From the human T2T-CHM13v2.0 reference genome, Homo sapiens, in assembly GCF_009914755.1 (NCBI RefSeq), contig NC_060935.1: DNA of 64,000 nt; one strand, written 5' to 3'. Of this stretch, positions 29,911-44,174 are shown one piece after another (position 1 is the first letter of the stretch; every line of letters starts with the position of its first letter). The notes below the pieces were generated by a model, which was not told the DNA's origin, searched no databases, and saw nothing but the letters and a program-made list of their open reading frames with translations. Position numbers and translations under genes: made by a program.

Positions 29911-30290
29911 TTCATTCATTCATTCATTCATCAATTCAAATATTTACTGAACCTCAGCTTCAACATGTTCTAGGCACTGTGCTAGGCACATTGGGGGTAC
30001 AGCCACAGAAAAATAAGGGTATGGCAGAAAAAAAGAGAATAAGCAAAAGACTACAGGGTGATGAATGTTACCAAAAAGGAAGTAGTGTGGCATATAAATG
30101 ATTAGCGAACAGTTTTCAACCCAATCTGAAGGTCAGGGAAAGCCTTCTGAGGACATGTCACTTAGCCTAAGAATGAAGGAGAGTTAGCTGAGAGGAGGGA
30201 AGAGGAGACTCAGCCCGCAGGCAGAGAAAATCACAGTTGTTTAAGTCAGCAGCCCAGAAAAAACCCTGAAACATGTTTATTATGGCTGGA
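29911..30290 (-). mobile_element. L2 3' end remnant
   Basis: (TTCA)n...AAATATTTACTGA...GGCACTGTGCTAGGC...GGTCAGGGAAAGCCTTC. Confidence 0.7.
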
Positions 30291-33200
30291 ACACATAAGA
30301 GTTCCCATCCCCAACAGGATTTCTGGTTCCTGGCTCAATTTAACTAAAGGTCTAGCACTCAGGTTTAGAAGCTAAACATCCATTGATATTCACAGTTTAG
30401 CACTTAGCACTTCTACTGTAGGGCAGAAAGGTAAACATTAAGGTAATTCCTTAACAACTCAGGATTCCAATTTAGGAGATTCAAGCTTCAAAACTCGGAG
30501 ACTGGAGTGCTGCCCCAAAAGGTTTTGTTCTGAAGGGTTTGGAGCTTATATAATTCAAGATCTCAAGTTGAGAATAACTGTGGACAAATTGAGGGAAACT
30601 GAGAACTGAGTCCTTAGGGACCTAAACTTGAGAAAACTTTGGGGGAACCTTGCAAAATATTTGGAAGAACAAAGCTTTAAAGAAAGACATGCTGAGTTGG
30701 GAATCCTTACTCTGTCAGTTACTACCTGTGTCATCCCTCTGAGCCTCGGATTCCTTAACTGTAAAAATGGAAAGGGAACAGCATCAAGGATAGCAGTTAC
30801 CTGTTAGGGTTACTATGAAATTGGTGATTTGTGGAATTCTGCTTAAGGTAATTCAATGCCTCATCTGTCATGGACTTTAAATCCTTCTTAATCATAATTA
30901 TTCAAGACTTTCCAGTTTGAAGATGTGCTGCTTAATAAAGGAGATAGAAACTAAGAAATCATTAAATGGCTTCTCTTCCTTTAATGCCAGCTGTTACATC
31001 TGCACCATGTGTCCAAAGAACACAGTTTGACCTCGTTTGTTTTTTTTGTTCGTTTGTTTTTTCCCTTGCTGTGATGTCAACATGGCCAAATGGGCATTAT
31101 GTTTTTAATCTTCGGAATACTCTGTGCTTTGTTTTGCTGCCACTATTCTTGAAGTGTATTCTATTCTTATACCTTCATCTGTGACTATATATTTCCCTTT
31201 CCCTTCTTACCTATATTCTTTAAACCTGAACTTATCATTGAATTCCTGTGCCAAGCACAGAGCCAGACACAAAATGTTTTATGCATCTACAAATGAATAA
31301 AAAAGCAACATGAAAAGAAAAACGAATGGAGAGCACCCTAGTTTGTCACAGTTTTTAGGAGTTTCTCAAATTATTTTACTCCATTTCAAGAAACTTTTTA
31401 AAAATTAGAATTTCACAGTATTTTAAACAAATTTTTACTTGTCATAAAGTGAAATGTACTTATCCACCCTAAGTAAAAATGAAATATAGCAATTTGATGG
31501 AGTTTGATTTTGAGTATACTAATCATGTCAAGTAAATTATAAGTTTACTATATATTTAGCCCTGTTTCTCTAGCTTTATCAATAAAAATATTATATAAAC
31601 TTGTAGGTACACATATATTAAATTAATTTCACTAAGGCTAGGAGGATGGAAATTGATATTTATTAAAAGTTTTTACTATGACCAAATAACTTTATAGGTG
31701 TTATTTTATTTAATTTTCACGGCATTTGGTGAGGTTGGCTTTGTTATTTCACTACATGAGGAAATGTTTGGAGATCACTCCTGAACAGGCATGGCATATA
31801 TAAGGAAAAATGTTTGGGGGCTTTTGTTTTCTGAATTTCTTTTAAAATGCAGCTGGGAAAAAAAAAAAAAAGCAGAGTTTCAATATCCCCTCCCCAAAAA
31901 CTGTGAAAATTTGTGGATTTCAACAATACCTAGGATTAGTTATGAACTGATTGATACATAGAAACTTCCCTCTTAAGTTCATGCTAGCAATGCATGGTAA
32001 GGCAAGACTGTAAACCTAGGTTTGCAGATGTCCTATTTCATTTCTTAAATCTTATTTTTTATTATTGTGACGCACACATGCTGAAAAGAACTACAATTTT
32101 AAGATTAATAACAAAATTAACACCATTTTCCTACCCATCCCCACTTAAGAATGTGATCGCTGATCATTTTAAAGACCTCTGTGTGCCTATTTAAATTACT
32201 ATCTTCCCCTGAACCCCAACGACCAACCATTATCTGGTTTTTATGTTAAGCACTCTCTTATTTTTTATAGCTTTTCCATCTTTGCATGCCCTAAACAATA
32301 CAAATTAGCTCAAAAAAAGTAAGTACTTAGCACAAACTTGGTAGAATAAGGAAGGGAAATACTGCCACTGCTATATTCTTAGAGGAAGGCTCCTAACATG
32401 AGATAAGCAGAGCAGAACCTGTGGTTCATTATCTGGCTCCAGCTTCCCTGAGAGTTTGCAAGAGCCCCTGTAGGTTGCTCAGGGGGTGACCATGAATTTC
32501 ATCCTGGGAACGCAGGGTTCCTCAGAGCTGCAGCAGCTAGCCGAGTAGCCAGCAGGGCATCTGGCCATGCATCTGCTGCTGTCTACTCTCTTCTCTGCTA
32601 TAAAAGAGCAGGTCAGAACACATTACCTCAGAGGCGAGAGAGGGCTCACCCTCACTGAACTCTTCCACATTGCCTTTAGGAGTAAGGCTGTCAATCAAGG
32701 TTTTTTGCCATGTTTCCCCTTTTGCCCACATTTTTTTAAAACCAATTTTACAAAAGCAAAACACTGAACTACGCTGAAAGCTACATAATATGAACAGCCA
32801 GTAGCTGGAAAGCTACCCATTATGTTGAACCAGAATGGAATTTGTCTATATCCATTTGCAGCTGTATTCAGTTTTCAGAGATGTGATCAATGTGCCTCTA
32901 CTTACAATAGTATGTTCAAGCTATAAAAGTTATATGACTTCCCTAAAGGAAGGTGAAAAGGAAAACAAATTCAGTCAAACTAGTGAAGCCATTGCTTTGG
33001 TACACCATAAAGCAAATCTAGTTGACTAAAGCCCTGGTGTTTTGGTATAACATGAAAGAAAAGTTCTATTTTCCACGGACAAATTATTCTTATCTTACCC
33101 TTTTTCTCTTATGCTAAGAATGCTTGTTTTCAGTCTTTACAGATATAACTCAAACCATTTTTACTAATTGTCTTTTTATTCCTATGCTAGTAAATTTAAA

Positions 33201-33962
33201 TTTGAGAACTCTGCCGAAGGCTCATGTTTCCTCTATGTATCCTACTCGGTGATTCTTTATTACTGCCATTAGTCACTGACTGAATGCTAGTTATTTAAGT
33301 GTTTGCATGCATGGAATACATTTCTGCATTACTTCCACTTTACCCACCAAAGTAATAATGATAGAACCACAAGTTTTAAGTTCCAGAAGGGTATTTAAAA
33401 TTGTTTCAACCTTATCACTTTTCAAGTAACTGCTTTAAGTTTTTCTAGAGGAGGGAATATATAAAAATTATTAATTATATAGTTAATTTCTACCTGAAGA
33501 AACCAAGATACAAACTAACTTGCCCAATGTTAAACAGCTACTTAGAACCCTCAGCTGTTAGATCATTTTTATTCCAAAATGCTATTACCTAAAAACAAAT
33601 GTTATTGAAAGGAAATTAGTTTCTGGTCCTGTTAAGGAGAATTTTCTTATGATGAAGATCCAGTTCAATAAACAACATATTGTTCTCTAGATATTCCCAT
33701 AGCTGGTGTTAAATTTGTTCCCATTTATACTGTGGCCAATGAAAGCAGAAGAATTGGCCTAGATTAAAAAGTTGTTTGAGTCAATAATCCTCAGATCTTA
33801 GCTGGAGCTCAGAGTTGTGATATACTGGTATATCTGCTCATGAGATGTTATTGTGGAACTTAATCAATAGAATCAGCCAGATTTTTGCCACCATTTCAGT
33901 TGAAAGAAAAGCATCATTTTCCCTCTTTGGTCTTCTGTTTCCTTGCTTTTAAAGTAATCTCT

Positions 33963-35125
33963 CTTCTGCACAGCAAAGGACACAATCAATAAAGTAAAGA
34001 GACAACCCACAGAATCGAAGAAAATATTTGCAAACTGCCCCTCTGACAAGGGATTAATAACCAGAATATATAAAGTGCTCAAACAACCATACAGGAAAAA
34101 AAATTAATAATCTAATCGAAAAATAGGCATAATATTTGAATAGAAATTTCTCAAAAGAAGACATACAAATTGCAAACAGAAATATGAAAAGATGCTTAAC
34201 ATCATTGATCATCAGAGAAATGCCAATCAATACTACAATGAGATGTCATCTCACCCAAGTTAAAATGAATTATATCCAAAAGACAGGCAATAACAAATGC
34301 TGGTGAGGATGTGAAGAAAAGGAAACCCTTGTACAGTGTTGGTGGGAATGTAAATTGGTACTATGAAGAATAGTTTGGAGGTTCCTCAAAAAACTAAAAA
34401 TTGAGCTGCCATATGATCCAGCAATCCCACTGCTGGGTATATACACAAAAGAAAGGAAATCAGTATATCAAAGAGGTAGCTGCACTCCCATGTTTGTTGC
34501 AGCACTGCTTACAACAGCTAAGATTTGGAAGCAACCTAAGTGTCCATCAACAAATGAATGGATGAAGAAAATGTGGTACTTATACGCAATGGAGGACTAG
34601 TTAGCCATAAAAAAGAATGAGATCCAGGCATTTGCAACAACATGGATGGAAGTGGAGATCATTATGTTAAGTGAAATAAGCCAGGTACGGAAAGACAAGC
34701 TTTGCATGTTCTCACTCATCTGTGGGAGCTAAAAATTAAAACAATTGAATTCATGGACACAGAGAGTAGAAGAATGGTTACCAGAGGCTGGGAAGGGTAC
34801 TGAAGGTTTGGGACGAGTTGGGGATGGTTAAGGGTACAAAAAAGAAGAAAGAATGAGTAAGACCTACTATTTGATAGCACAATAGGTTAACCATAGTCAA
34901 TAATGACTTAACTGTGTATTTAAAAATAATGTGAAGAATGTAATTGAATTGTTTGTAACTCAAAGGATAAATGCTTGAGGGGATGGATACCCCATTTTCC
35001 ATGATGTGCTTATTTCACACTGCATGTCTGTATCAAAACATCTCCTGTACCCCATAAATATATACACCTATGTACCCACAAAAATTTTTAAAAATAATTT
35101 TAAAAAATCAAATAAGATAAATAAA
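33963..35125 (+). mobile_element. L1MA1-3-type 3' portion (ORF2 end and 3' UTR)
   Basis: CTTCTGCACAGCAAAGG...TGAGGGGATGGATACCCCATTTTCCATGATGTG; degenerate TSD AAAGTAATCTCT/AAAGCAACCTCT. Confidence 0.88.
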
Positions 35126-35568
35126 GCAACCTCTAAGGACCCTTCCAGTTAATACAACATTTAATTCTATTTCTCTGTTTTAACTAAGTGGAATATTTAC
35201 CTTCATTTTCCACCGCTTTGAGGACACAGACTAAGCTAAATAACCTAGTCAGGTGAGAACTTGGTGAAAACATGCTACAAAATGATGTTCTCTCCAATAT
35301 CTGCTTCACCCATCTTGATCCTTATGTCAGCTAGTGGCACCCCAATTTTCTAGTTACTCAGAAAAAAAAATCATGGTGGTGTCCTGGGCTTCTTTCTTTC
35401 GTACTCCAAAACCATTTAATCAGGAAATCCTGCTTACTTTTCAAAATTCTGAGCTGTATCTCAAAATGTATCCAGAATCTGAACACCTCTTGCTACCACC
35501 CCAGTCCAGGCATCTAGATACTAGATCTAGATTCGATGACCTGAAAGGCCTGGCACAATCTGATCTTT

Positions 35569-35654
35569 ACTGAGTGAGGGGGTCAGAGAGTTAAGATAAT
35601 CAGTACAATCTCACCTGTACTAATTCTCTTAACTCTCTGACTCCCTCACTCAGT
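35569..35654 (-). ncRNA. MIR3920: microRNA precursor hairpin mir-3920; mature ACUGAUUAUCUUAACUCUCUGA at 35583-35604 (3' arm)
   Basis: 39-bp inverted arms (35569-35607 and 35616-35654) with 3 differences and an 8-nt loop. The reverse complement of 35583-35604 matches the recalled miR-3920 mature sequence. Same strand as the host gene. Confidence 0.88.
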
Positions 35655-35812
35655 CTCTCTGCTCCAGCCACACTGATCTGCTTGCTCATCCTCTATGTAC
35701 CAAGCTTGCTTGTGCTTTTGCACTTTTCTCTACCCTCTGCCTGGAAGCTCTTATCCTGATACCTGAGCACACACTCTCAATTCATTCAGGTATTTCTTTA
35801 CTGAGAAGTCAC

Positions 35813-38261
35813 TGATATGGTTTGGATTTGTGTCCCTGCCCAAATCTCATGTTGAATTGTAATCCCCAGTGTTGAGGAAGGGGCCTGGTGGGAGGTGATT
35901 AGATCATGGGGGTGGATTTTCCCCTTTCCATTCTCGTGACAGTGAGTGAGTTCTCATGAGATCTGGTTGTTTATAAGTGTGTCTCACCTCCCGCTTCACC
36001 CTCTTCCTCCTTCTCTGGCTATGTAAGAAGTTCCTGCTTCCCCTTCGCCTTCCACCACAATTGTAAGTTTCCTGAGGCCTCCTCAGCCGTGTTCCCTGTA
36101 CAGCCTGCAGAACCTCTTTTCTTTATAAATTACTGAGTTTCAGGTAGTTCTTTAGAGCAATGTGAGAACAAACTAATATAGAAAATTGGTAACAGAGAAG
36201 TACAGCATTGCTATAAAGATACCTAAAACTGTAAAAGCAACTTTGGAACCAGGTAATGGACAGAGGTTGGAACAGTTTGGAGGGCTCAGAAGAAGACAGG
36301 AAGATAAGGAAAGGTTTAGAGCTTCCTAGAGACTTGTTAAATTGTTTTGGAGGGCTCAGAAGAAGACACGAAGATGAGGAAAGATTTGGAACCTCCTAGA
36401 GACTTGTTAAATTGTTGTGACCAAAATGCTGATAGTGATATGGACAATGAAGTCCAGGCTAAGGTGGTCTCAGATGGAGATGAGGAACTTATTGAGAACT
36501 GGAGTAAAGGTCACTTTTGCTATGCGTTTGCAAAGAGGTTGGAGTCACTGTGCCCTTGCCTTAGGGGACTGTGGAACTTTGACCTTCAGAGTGATGGATT
36601 TAGGGTATCTAATGGAAGAAATTTCTAAGCAGCAAAGCATTCAAGATGTAGCCTGGCAGCTTCTAACAGCATTTGCTCATATGCATGAGCAAAGGAATGA
36701 TCTGAAACTGGAACTTATATTTAAAAGGGAGGCAGAGCATAAAACTTTGGAAAATTTGCAGCCTGACCCTGTGTAGAAAAGAAAAACCCATTTTTCAGGA
36801 GAGGAATTAAAGCTGGCTGCAGAAATTTGCATAAGTAAAGAGGAGCCAAATGTTAACAGCCAAGACAATGGGGAAAATGCTTCAAAGGCATTTCAGAGAC
36901 CTTTGTGACAGCCCCTTCTATCGCAAGCCTGGAGGACTAGGAGGGAAGAATGGTTTCGTAGGCCAGGCCCAGGACCCAGCTTCCTTGTGCAACCTCAGGA
37001 CACTGCTCCCTGTTTCCCAGCCACTCCAGCTCCAGCTGCGGCTGAAAGGGTCCCAGATATGTCTTAGGATGCTGCTCCAGAGGGTGCAAACCATAAGCCT
37101 TGGTGGCTTCCATGTCATGATAAGCCTGCAGGTGCACAGAGGCAAGAGTTGAGGCTTGGAAGCCTTTGTCTAGATTTCAGAGGATGTATGGAAACTATTC
37201 CATGTCCAGGCAGAAGTCTACTGCAGGGGCTGCGCCCTCATGAGGAACCTCTACTAGGACAGTGCTAAGGGGAAATGTGAGGTTGGAGCCCCCACACTGA
37301 GTCCCTACTGCAGCACTGCCTAGTGGAGCTGTGAGAAGACAGCCACTATCCTCCAGACCCCAGAATGGTAGATCCATTGACAGTTTGCACTGTGAACCTG
37401 GAAAAGCCACAGGCACTCAACACCAGCCCTTGAGAGCAGCCATGGGAACTAAACTTTGCTGAGCCATAGGGGCAAAGCTGCCCAAGGCCTTGGGAGCTCA
37501 CCCCATGCATCAGTATGGTCTAAATGTAAGACATGGAGTTAAATGAGATTATTTTGGATCTTTAAGATTTAATAACTGCCCCGCTGGGTTTCAGACTTGT
37601 ACAGGGCCTGTAACTCCTCCCTTTGGCTGATTTCTCCCCTTTGGAACAGATGTATTTACCCAATGCCTGTACCCCTGTCGCATCTTGGAAGTAAGTAACT
37701 TTTTGTTTACTTTACAGGCTCATAGGCTGAAGGGACTTGCCTTATCTCAGATGAGACTTTGAACTGTGGACTTTTGAGTTAATGCTGAAATTAGTTAAGA
37801 CTTGGGGGACTATTAAGAAGGGATGACTGTGTTTTGCAATGTGAGAAGGACATGAGATTTGGGAGGGGCTAGGGGCAGAATAATATGGTTTGGATTTGTG
37901 TCTTCACTCAAATCTCATGTTGAATTGTAATGCCCAGTGTTGAAGAAAGGGCCTGGTAGGAGGTGATCAAATATGGGTATGGATATTCCCCTTACTATTC
38001 TCATGATAGTGAGTGAGTTCTCACAAGATCTGTTGTTTAAAAATGTATATCACCTCCCCCTTCACTCTCTTCCTCCTTCTCTGGTCATGTAAGATGTGCC
38101 TGCTTCGCCTTGCCTTCCACCATGATTGTAAGTTTCCTGAGGCCTCCCCAGCCATGCCTCCTGTACAGCCTGCAGAACTGTGAGTCAATTAAACCTCTTT
38201 TCTTTATAAATTACCCAGTCTTAGGTAGTTCTTTATAGCAATGTGAGAACAGACTAACACA
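35813..38261 (+). mobile_element. Complete MSTA-type ERVL-MaLR element: LTR 35813-36180, internal 36181-37880, LTR 37881-38261
   Basis: Two homologous LTRs (TGATATGGTTTGG...ACTAATATA/ACTAACACA), MaLR internal sequence, polypurine tract before the 3' LTR, TSD GTCAC. Confidence 0.93.
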
Positions 38262-39944
38262 GTCACCTTCTCACTAAGGCCTTCCCTGGTTATTATTTAA
38301 AAGTAAAATCTCAACCTCTAACATTCCAGGTTTACATTCCCTTCTTTATTTTTTTCATCTTATCACTAACATCTGTACATTTTACTTATTTATCTTGTTT
38401 ATTGTTTGTCTCTTTCATAAGAATGTAGGTTCTATGAAAGCATTTATTTTCCCCCAAAATATTCCCAGTGCATAAAACAGGGCCTGCACCTGTTAGGTTC
38501 TCAGCACATATCTGTTGAATGCATGAAAGCATGCATAGAAATAACCTATGTATCTATGTCTGCAAGGAAATGTTAGGCATAGCTTCAGTGCCAGCATTAC
38601 AATAGAATTATTTGAGAAAATCCATAAAATTTGTAAAGCTCTATCAGACTAAGCAGAAACAAAAATGATAGAAAACACAAATAGCCAATACCAAGAATGA
38701 GAGAGATGATACCATCACAGAGTCTAGAGATGTCAGGATTATAGTATATTGTGGACTAATTTATGCCTATACATTTGACAGCTTGAATGGGCAAAGGACT
38801 TTTAGATATGACACCAAAATTATGATCCCATGAATTTAAAAATTTGGCAAATTGGGCATCATCAAAACAAAGAACCCTTACTCTTCATGCTCTGATCTAC
38901 CAAGGCACTTTTTTAGTATTCTTCAGATTTAAGGTAAACTGAGTCTTTCTGGCAGTGGTTTTAGACCAACCTGTGGCTGTTCACTAGCTGTCTTTACTTG
39001 TCCCAAAACAGGTCAGAGTGAAAGCAAGGAGCAGGAGGATGAGAGATCTGCATTAGGATTTAACAGAGTTTTTTCTTTTACTGGTCACAGTTATTTTGAA
39101 ATTGGTGATTCTCTGTCTTCAAGTTATGCCATGGGCATGACACCTGTGAAGTTTTACTTCTCCTTTCTTAGTCTATATCATTTCTAAGATATATGAGAAA
39201 ATGGAACTGAACAGTTGCCATTGTCTTCAACTATCTGTAATTTTCTCTTTCTTATAAAACATTTTAAATCAATAATAGCAGAAATAAAATATAGATTACA
39301 CTAAACTTTGTAGACTAAATCTTGGAAGAAACCAATTTCAAACTTCACTGGAGAGTAAAAAAGCAAGAATTCCACATTTTCTCTTAGTTTAGACAGGAGT
39401 TCATTTCACAGATACTTATTGTTAGCTGAAATTGAATACAGCAAATTGAAAAAGACTAAACCATTTCAGTGGTTCTACATTTGAGATAAAATATATCCAA
39501 TCTCTACTCAAATACTTTGCTTCACTTACAGTCATCATTTAATGCATGTACATACAAGTAGGAAACAAGGTTGTTTTAAAATTTTTCTATTATTGCAAAA
39601 AATGATTCAGAATGGAGATGGTGATTCATGTGAAATTTTCTGCTCTTTTCCCTGCCTACATTTTAGTAAAACATATTGTCCCCTGTTATTCCTCTCACCC
39701 TGATTCTTCTGTGGTTTTAAAATTATAATGGCTGTTAATTTAGGAGGCATTCCTCTGAGAGGAATAGCCATTGTCTTTGTCAAAGTCAACACAGGATTAC
39801 CCATACATACTCAGCTGCCTACATCCCATTGTTTAGTCCACATTCCTCCAATGTAAAAGTAGCCTCTCATTCATTTTACTTTTTGTATTCACAACAGCCT
39901 TCCATTTTCAAATTTGGGATTATAGGTTGATCAAGGTCCCTTAA

Positions 39945-40290
<346 letters not shown>

Positions 40291-42329
40291 CAGGCCATTT
40301 TTATCCCTTAAATTTAAATGTATTTAAATCACAAATGTAATTCTACCGTTAAATATAATTCTACCATGCTGCAAGAACTTTGATTTCAGCACTCTGTTTT
40401 TTCCATGTCAATATTCCCCATTTATCAAAACAGTGAGTAGTAGGTAGTAGGTGGTATGATATGTTTGTATACAATATGATACATAGACTTCATTTAAGAA
40501 AAATAGACAGCAAAATTTGATGCAGTGTTATCCATGGAAGGAATAAGTACAGGTGATTTTATCTTTCACTTGTTTTGTGTCATTATTTTATGAATTTCCT
40601 ACAGTGTGCCTGCAATACTTTATAAATAATACATTTTTCCTTGATACAAAATGTAATGCTGCTTCAATTCACTTTCCAACTATTTCTCCATTTCTATGCC
40701 TTAGAAATAAAGTAGCAACAATCAATCAAGTCTCATTGCCTCACTTAAAATAGCCTTTGCGTTAAGTAGAAATCTTAAAGGAATTGTTGAAGAGATGAAT
40801 ATGTTTAAAAGTCTGGTGCCAGTTACATTAGCCACTGATTTTTTCATAACCATGGAAGAAACAATTAAACAAAATGAAAAGTATCAAAGTACTATTGTTT
40901 TGGAACAAGCATGTAATGGTCATTAGCATATCTCTGGCAATGGAAAGGCAAGGTGGTAGAGCATTTTGGCTTTGGAGTCAAATGGACTTTGGCTCGAATC
41001 CTAGCTTATGAGTTATTAAGAGTGTGATCTTGAGTGACTAACTTAATATCTCTTAGCTTCAGTTTCACCACCTGTAAAAGAGGAACATAAATACCAACTG
41101 TGTGGTTTTATTGTAATAAGTAGGAGAAATTTAAAAATAACCGACAGCAAAGATGCTTAGTCTTAGAATTTTCAGGACATGGTGATGAATTGAATGGAAA
41201 GGAGGAAGTAAAGGGAAGAGACTAGGACAACACTCATAGTTCTGGCTTGGATGAACAGATACAAACTGAGACCTACAGGATGAGTATGAATTAGCCAGGT
41301 AAATGTTCAGTAAGAGGAAAGAGACTATTCTAGAACTTGGGAGTGCATGAACAAAAGGCAGAAGTTAAGAGAGAACGTAACACGTTTTTGGAACTCAAAG
41401 TATTTTGATACACTTTGACAGTCAAGTACAACAGGGTAGCTAGAGATTAAGATGGAGGGAAAGGGCAGCCAGTCATGAAGAAACTTTTGAGTTATGATGC
41501 AATGTTTGTACTTTATCCTGAGCATAATGTGGAGACACTGAAAACTTCTAAATCATATTTGAAGTTGAGAGGATCAGGGTCAGGAAGCAGGATGACCAGG
41601 CAAGAGACTATGGCTACAAGCCACAGTGGTGGCCTCAAGGAGGCATCGCCAGCAGGAACTAAGAGAACACATCAGGAAAACCTTCCCTGATTCCATAGGA
41701 TGGGCGGGGCAGCTCCTTTTCTTTGGGATCCACAGTCCTTTGTACTCATAGCCCTCATTGCAGAGTGCTTATCACAGTATATTTTAATTACACGGTAAAA
41801 CAGATTCCAAGAGGGCAAGAGATGTGTCTTGTTTCCAGTCCCTCATGCAATTTCTGGCACCTGAAGAGTTGCATATATGTACATTAATGAAAGGGTATAA
41901 ATATGAATCTCTCTCTCTCTCTTTGTCCTTCTCTTTTTAACAATGACCACTCATAGGCATGATGCAGACCCCTCTAATGAATGGAACTGTTTCCTCCAGT
42001 AGAGAGAAGACCACTGTTATTCTTACAGAAACTCTCAGTGTCGATATCCATGCGAAATGGTATTACATGCTGAACATTAAGTTAAATATGGCACATTTTC
42101 TGACCTCAGAAACTTTTCTATAAGATACATGCTTTGAACTTAAAAAAATAAATTTTGGCATAGTTTAGTTTCTCTTCCTTCTTTTAAAGTCAAGATCAAT
42201 AAGTATAGTTGTTTTCTTACTGAGTGAATCTTTTCAGATGTGTTATTCCTAAACTTTCTCTTTATTTGTGTATATAAATCCTTTCCAGAATTTTCTGAAC
42301 ATCAGAAGATGATTTAATTAAATAGTCTT

Positions 42330-42706
<377 letters not shown>

Positions 42707-43539
42707 TCATGTTTCCAGTGAGCAATACTATTCACTGTATACATAAATGTTTAATGAATTAACAAGACTACAATTTCAAAAATATTATATAGCTGCAAGG
42801 CTGTGTACTATTTTATAAAGCACACTACTAACACTGGAGAAGAAAAACATGCTGGCAATATGAACAATTTTAATTATTTATTCAGGAATAAAATTTCTAT
42901 TTTTTTATCATTTACTGCAATATATTATTTACCTCTGAAATGTATACACCCTGTTAAATACCAAATAGGGTTTCTTGGTTTGACAAGGCTCTGTTGAATT
43001 ACTGCCTCCAAGTCTTGATTAAATATGTTTATGTTTTCACTAATTACTCTGAAGCTTGAAAAACAATACTTGAAATCACTATATTTAATTATAATACAAA
43101 CCTCTAGGACACTTAATAATTTAATGAAGCAAGTCTTTTGCTTGATCATTTTATGCCCATAATGATTTGACTGGGCTAGTAAGTGTTCTTACATAACATT
43201 CAAGGAAATACGGATTTCAAAATTTACATTTTTGATGACACAGTTCCAATACCGTATCCTAGGTTAACAGGAGATTATAGGCATTTGTGAAGTGTGTGTG
43301 GTTGGGGGGTGGTGTGCACACATGCATGTTATTTAATTCTTTTCATGGACATTTTGAAGGCTTTATAAAAACAATGGTATAAAATTTGAATTTTGCTAAT
43401 CAACTTTATAAAGTTATTTGCAGAAAGACATTTTAAAATAAAGCAACTAAATAATTGATTTTTTTTCCTATAGTTCTGATAAAATTCATGATAGTACAAA
43501 CATTTTCTGGAATGTGATGGAGTGTAAAATATTTTTGTC

Positions 43540-43930
<391 letters not shown>

Positions 43931-44082
43931 TTACTATCTTAAAGAATGTGTAATAGGAAAGGTAAAAGTCAGATTAGTGGAGTATTATCTAATCATTAGA
44001 ACTTAAGATACTGACATGGAAAATTGTCTGCCACATTGGACCTGGAAAAACAAAGTAGATCATAAGGTGGTATATGCAATAC

Positions 44083-44174
44083 GGGAAGAGTTTTCAATCA
44101 GCAATATTGTGCCTTGGATAAACCTCATTGCCTACACATTGCAAACCTCATTGGCACTGTCACTGCACAAAGCT
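44083..44174 (-). pseudogene. 3'-truncated U4 snRNA retropseudogene (about nt 1-76 of U4)
   Basis: Reverse complement AGCTTTGTGCAGTGACAGT...CAATGAGGTTTATCCAAGGCACAATATTGCTGATTGAAAACTCTTCCC matches the U4 5' domain. Degenerate flanking repeat TATATGCAATA/TATATACAATA. Confidence 0.9.

Larger units (their letters stand above)
35290..38527 (+). mobile_element. L2 remnant split by the MSTA insertion and hosting the MIR3920 hairpin
   Basis: L2 motifs CTCTGCTCCAGCCACACTG and CCCTCTGCCTGGAA; resumes GTCACCTTCTC...GGCCTTCCCTG after the LTR and ends TGTTGAATGCATGAA. Confidence 0.7.

Noticed and set aside
36347-37416. Several 60-120 aa ORFs in the MaLR interior
   Set aside because: Fragments of the decayed MaLR internal region; no intact gag or pol.
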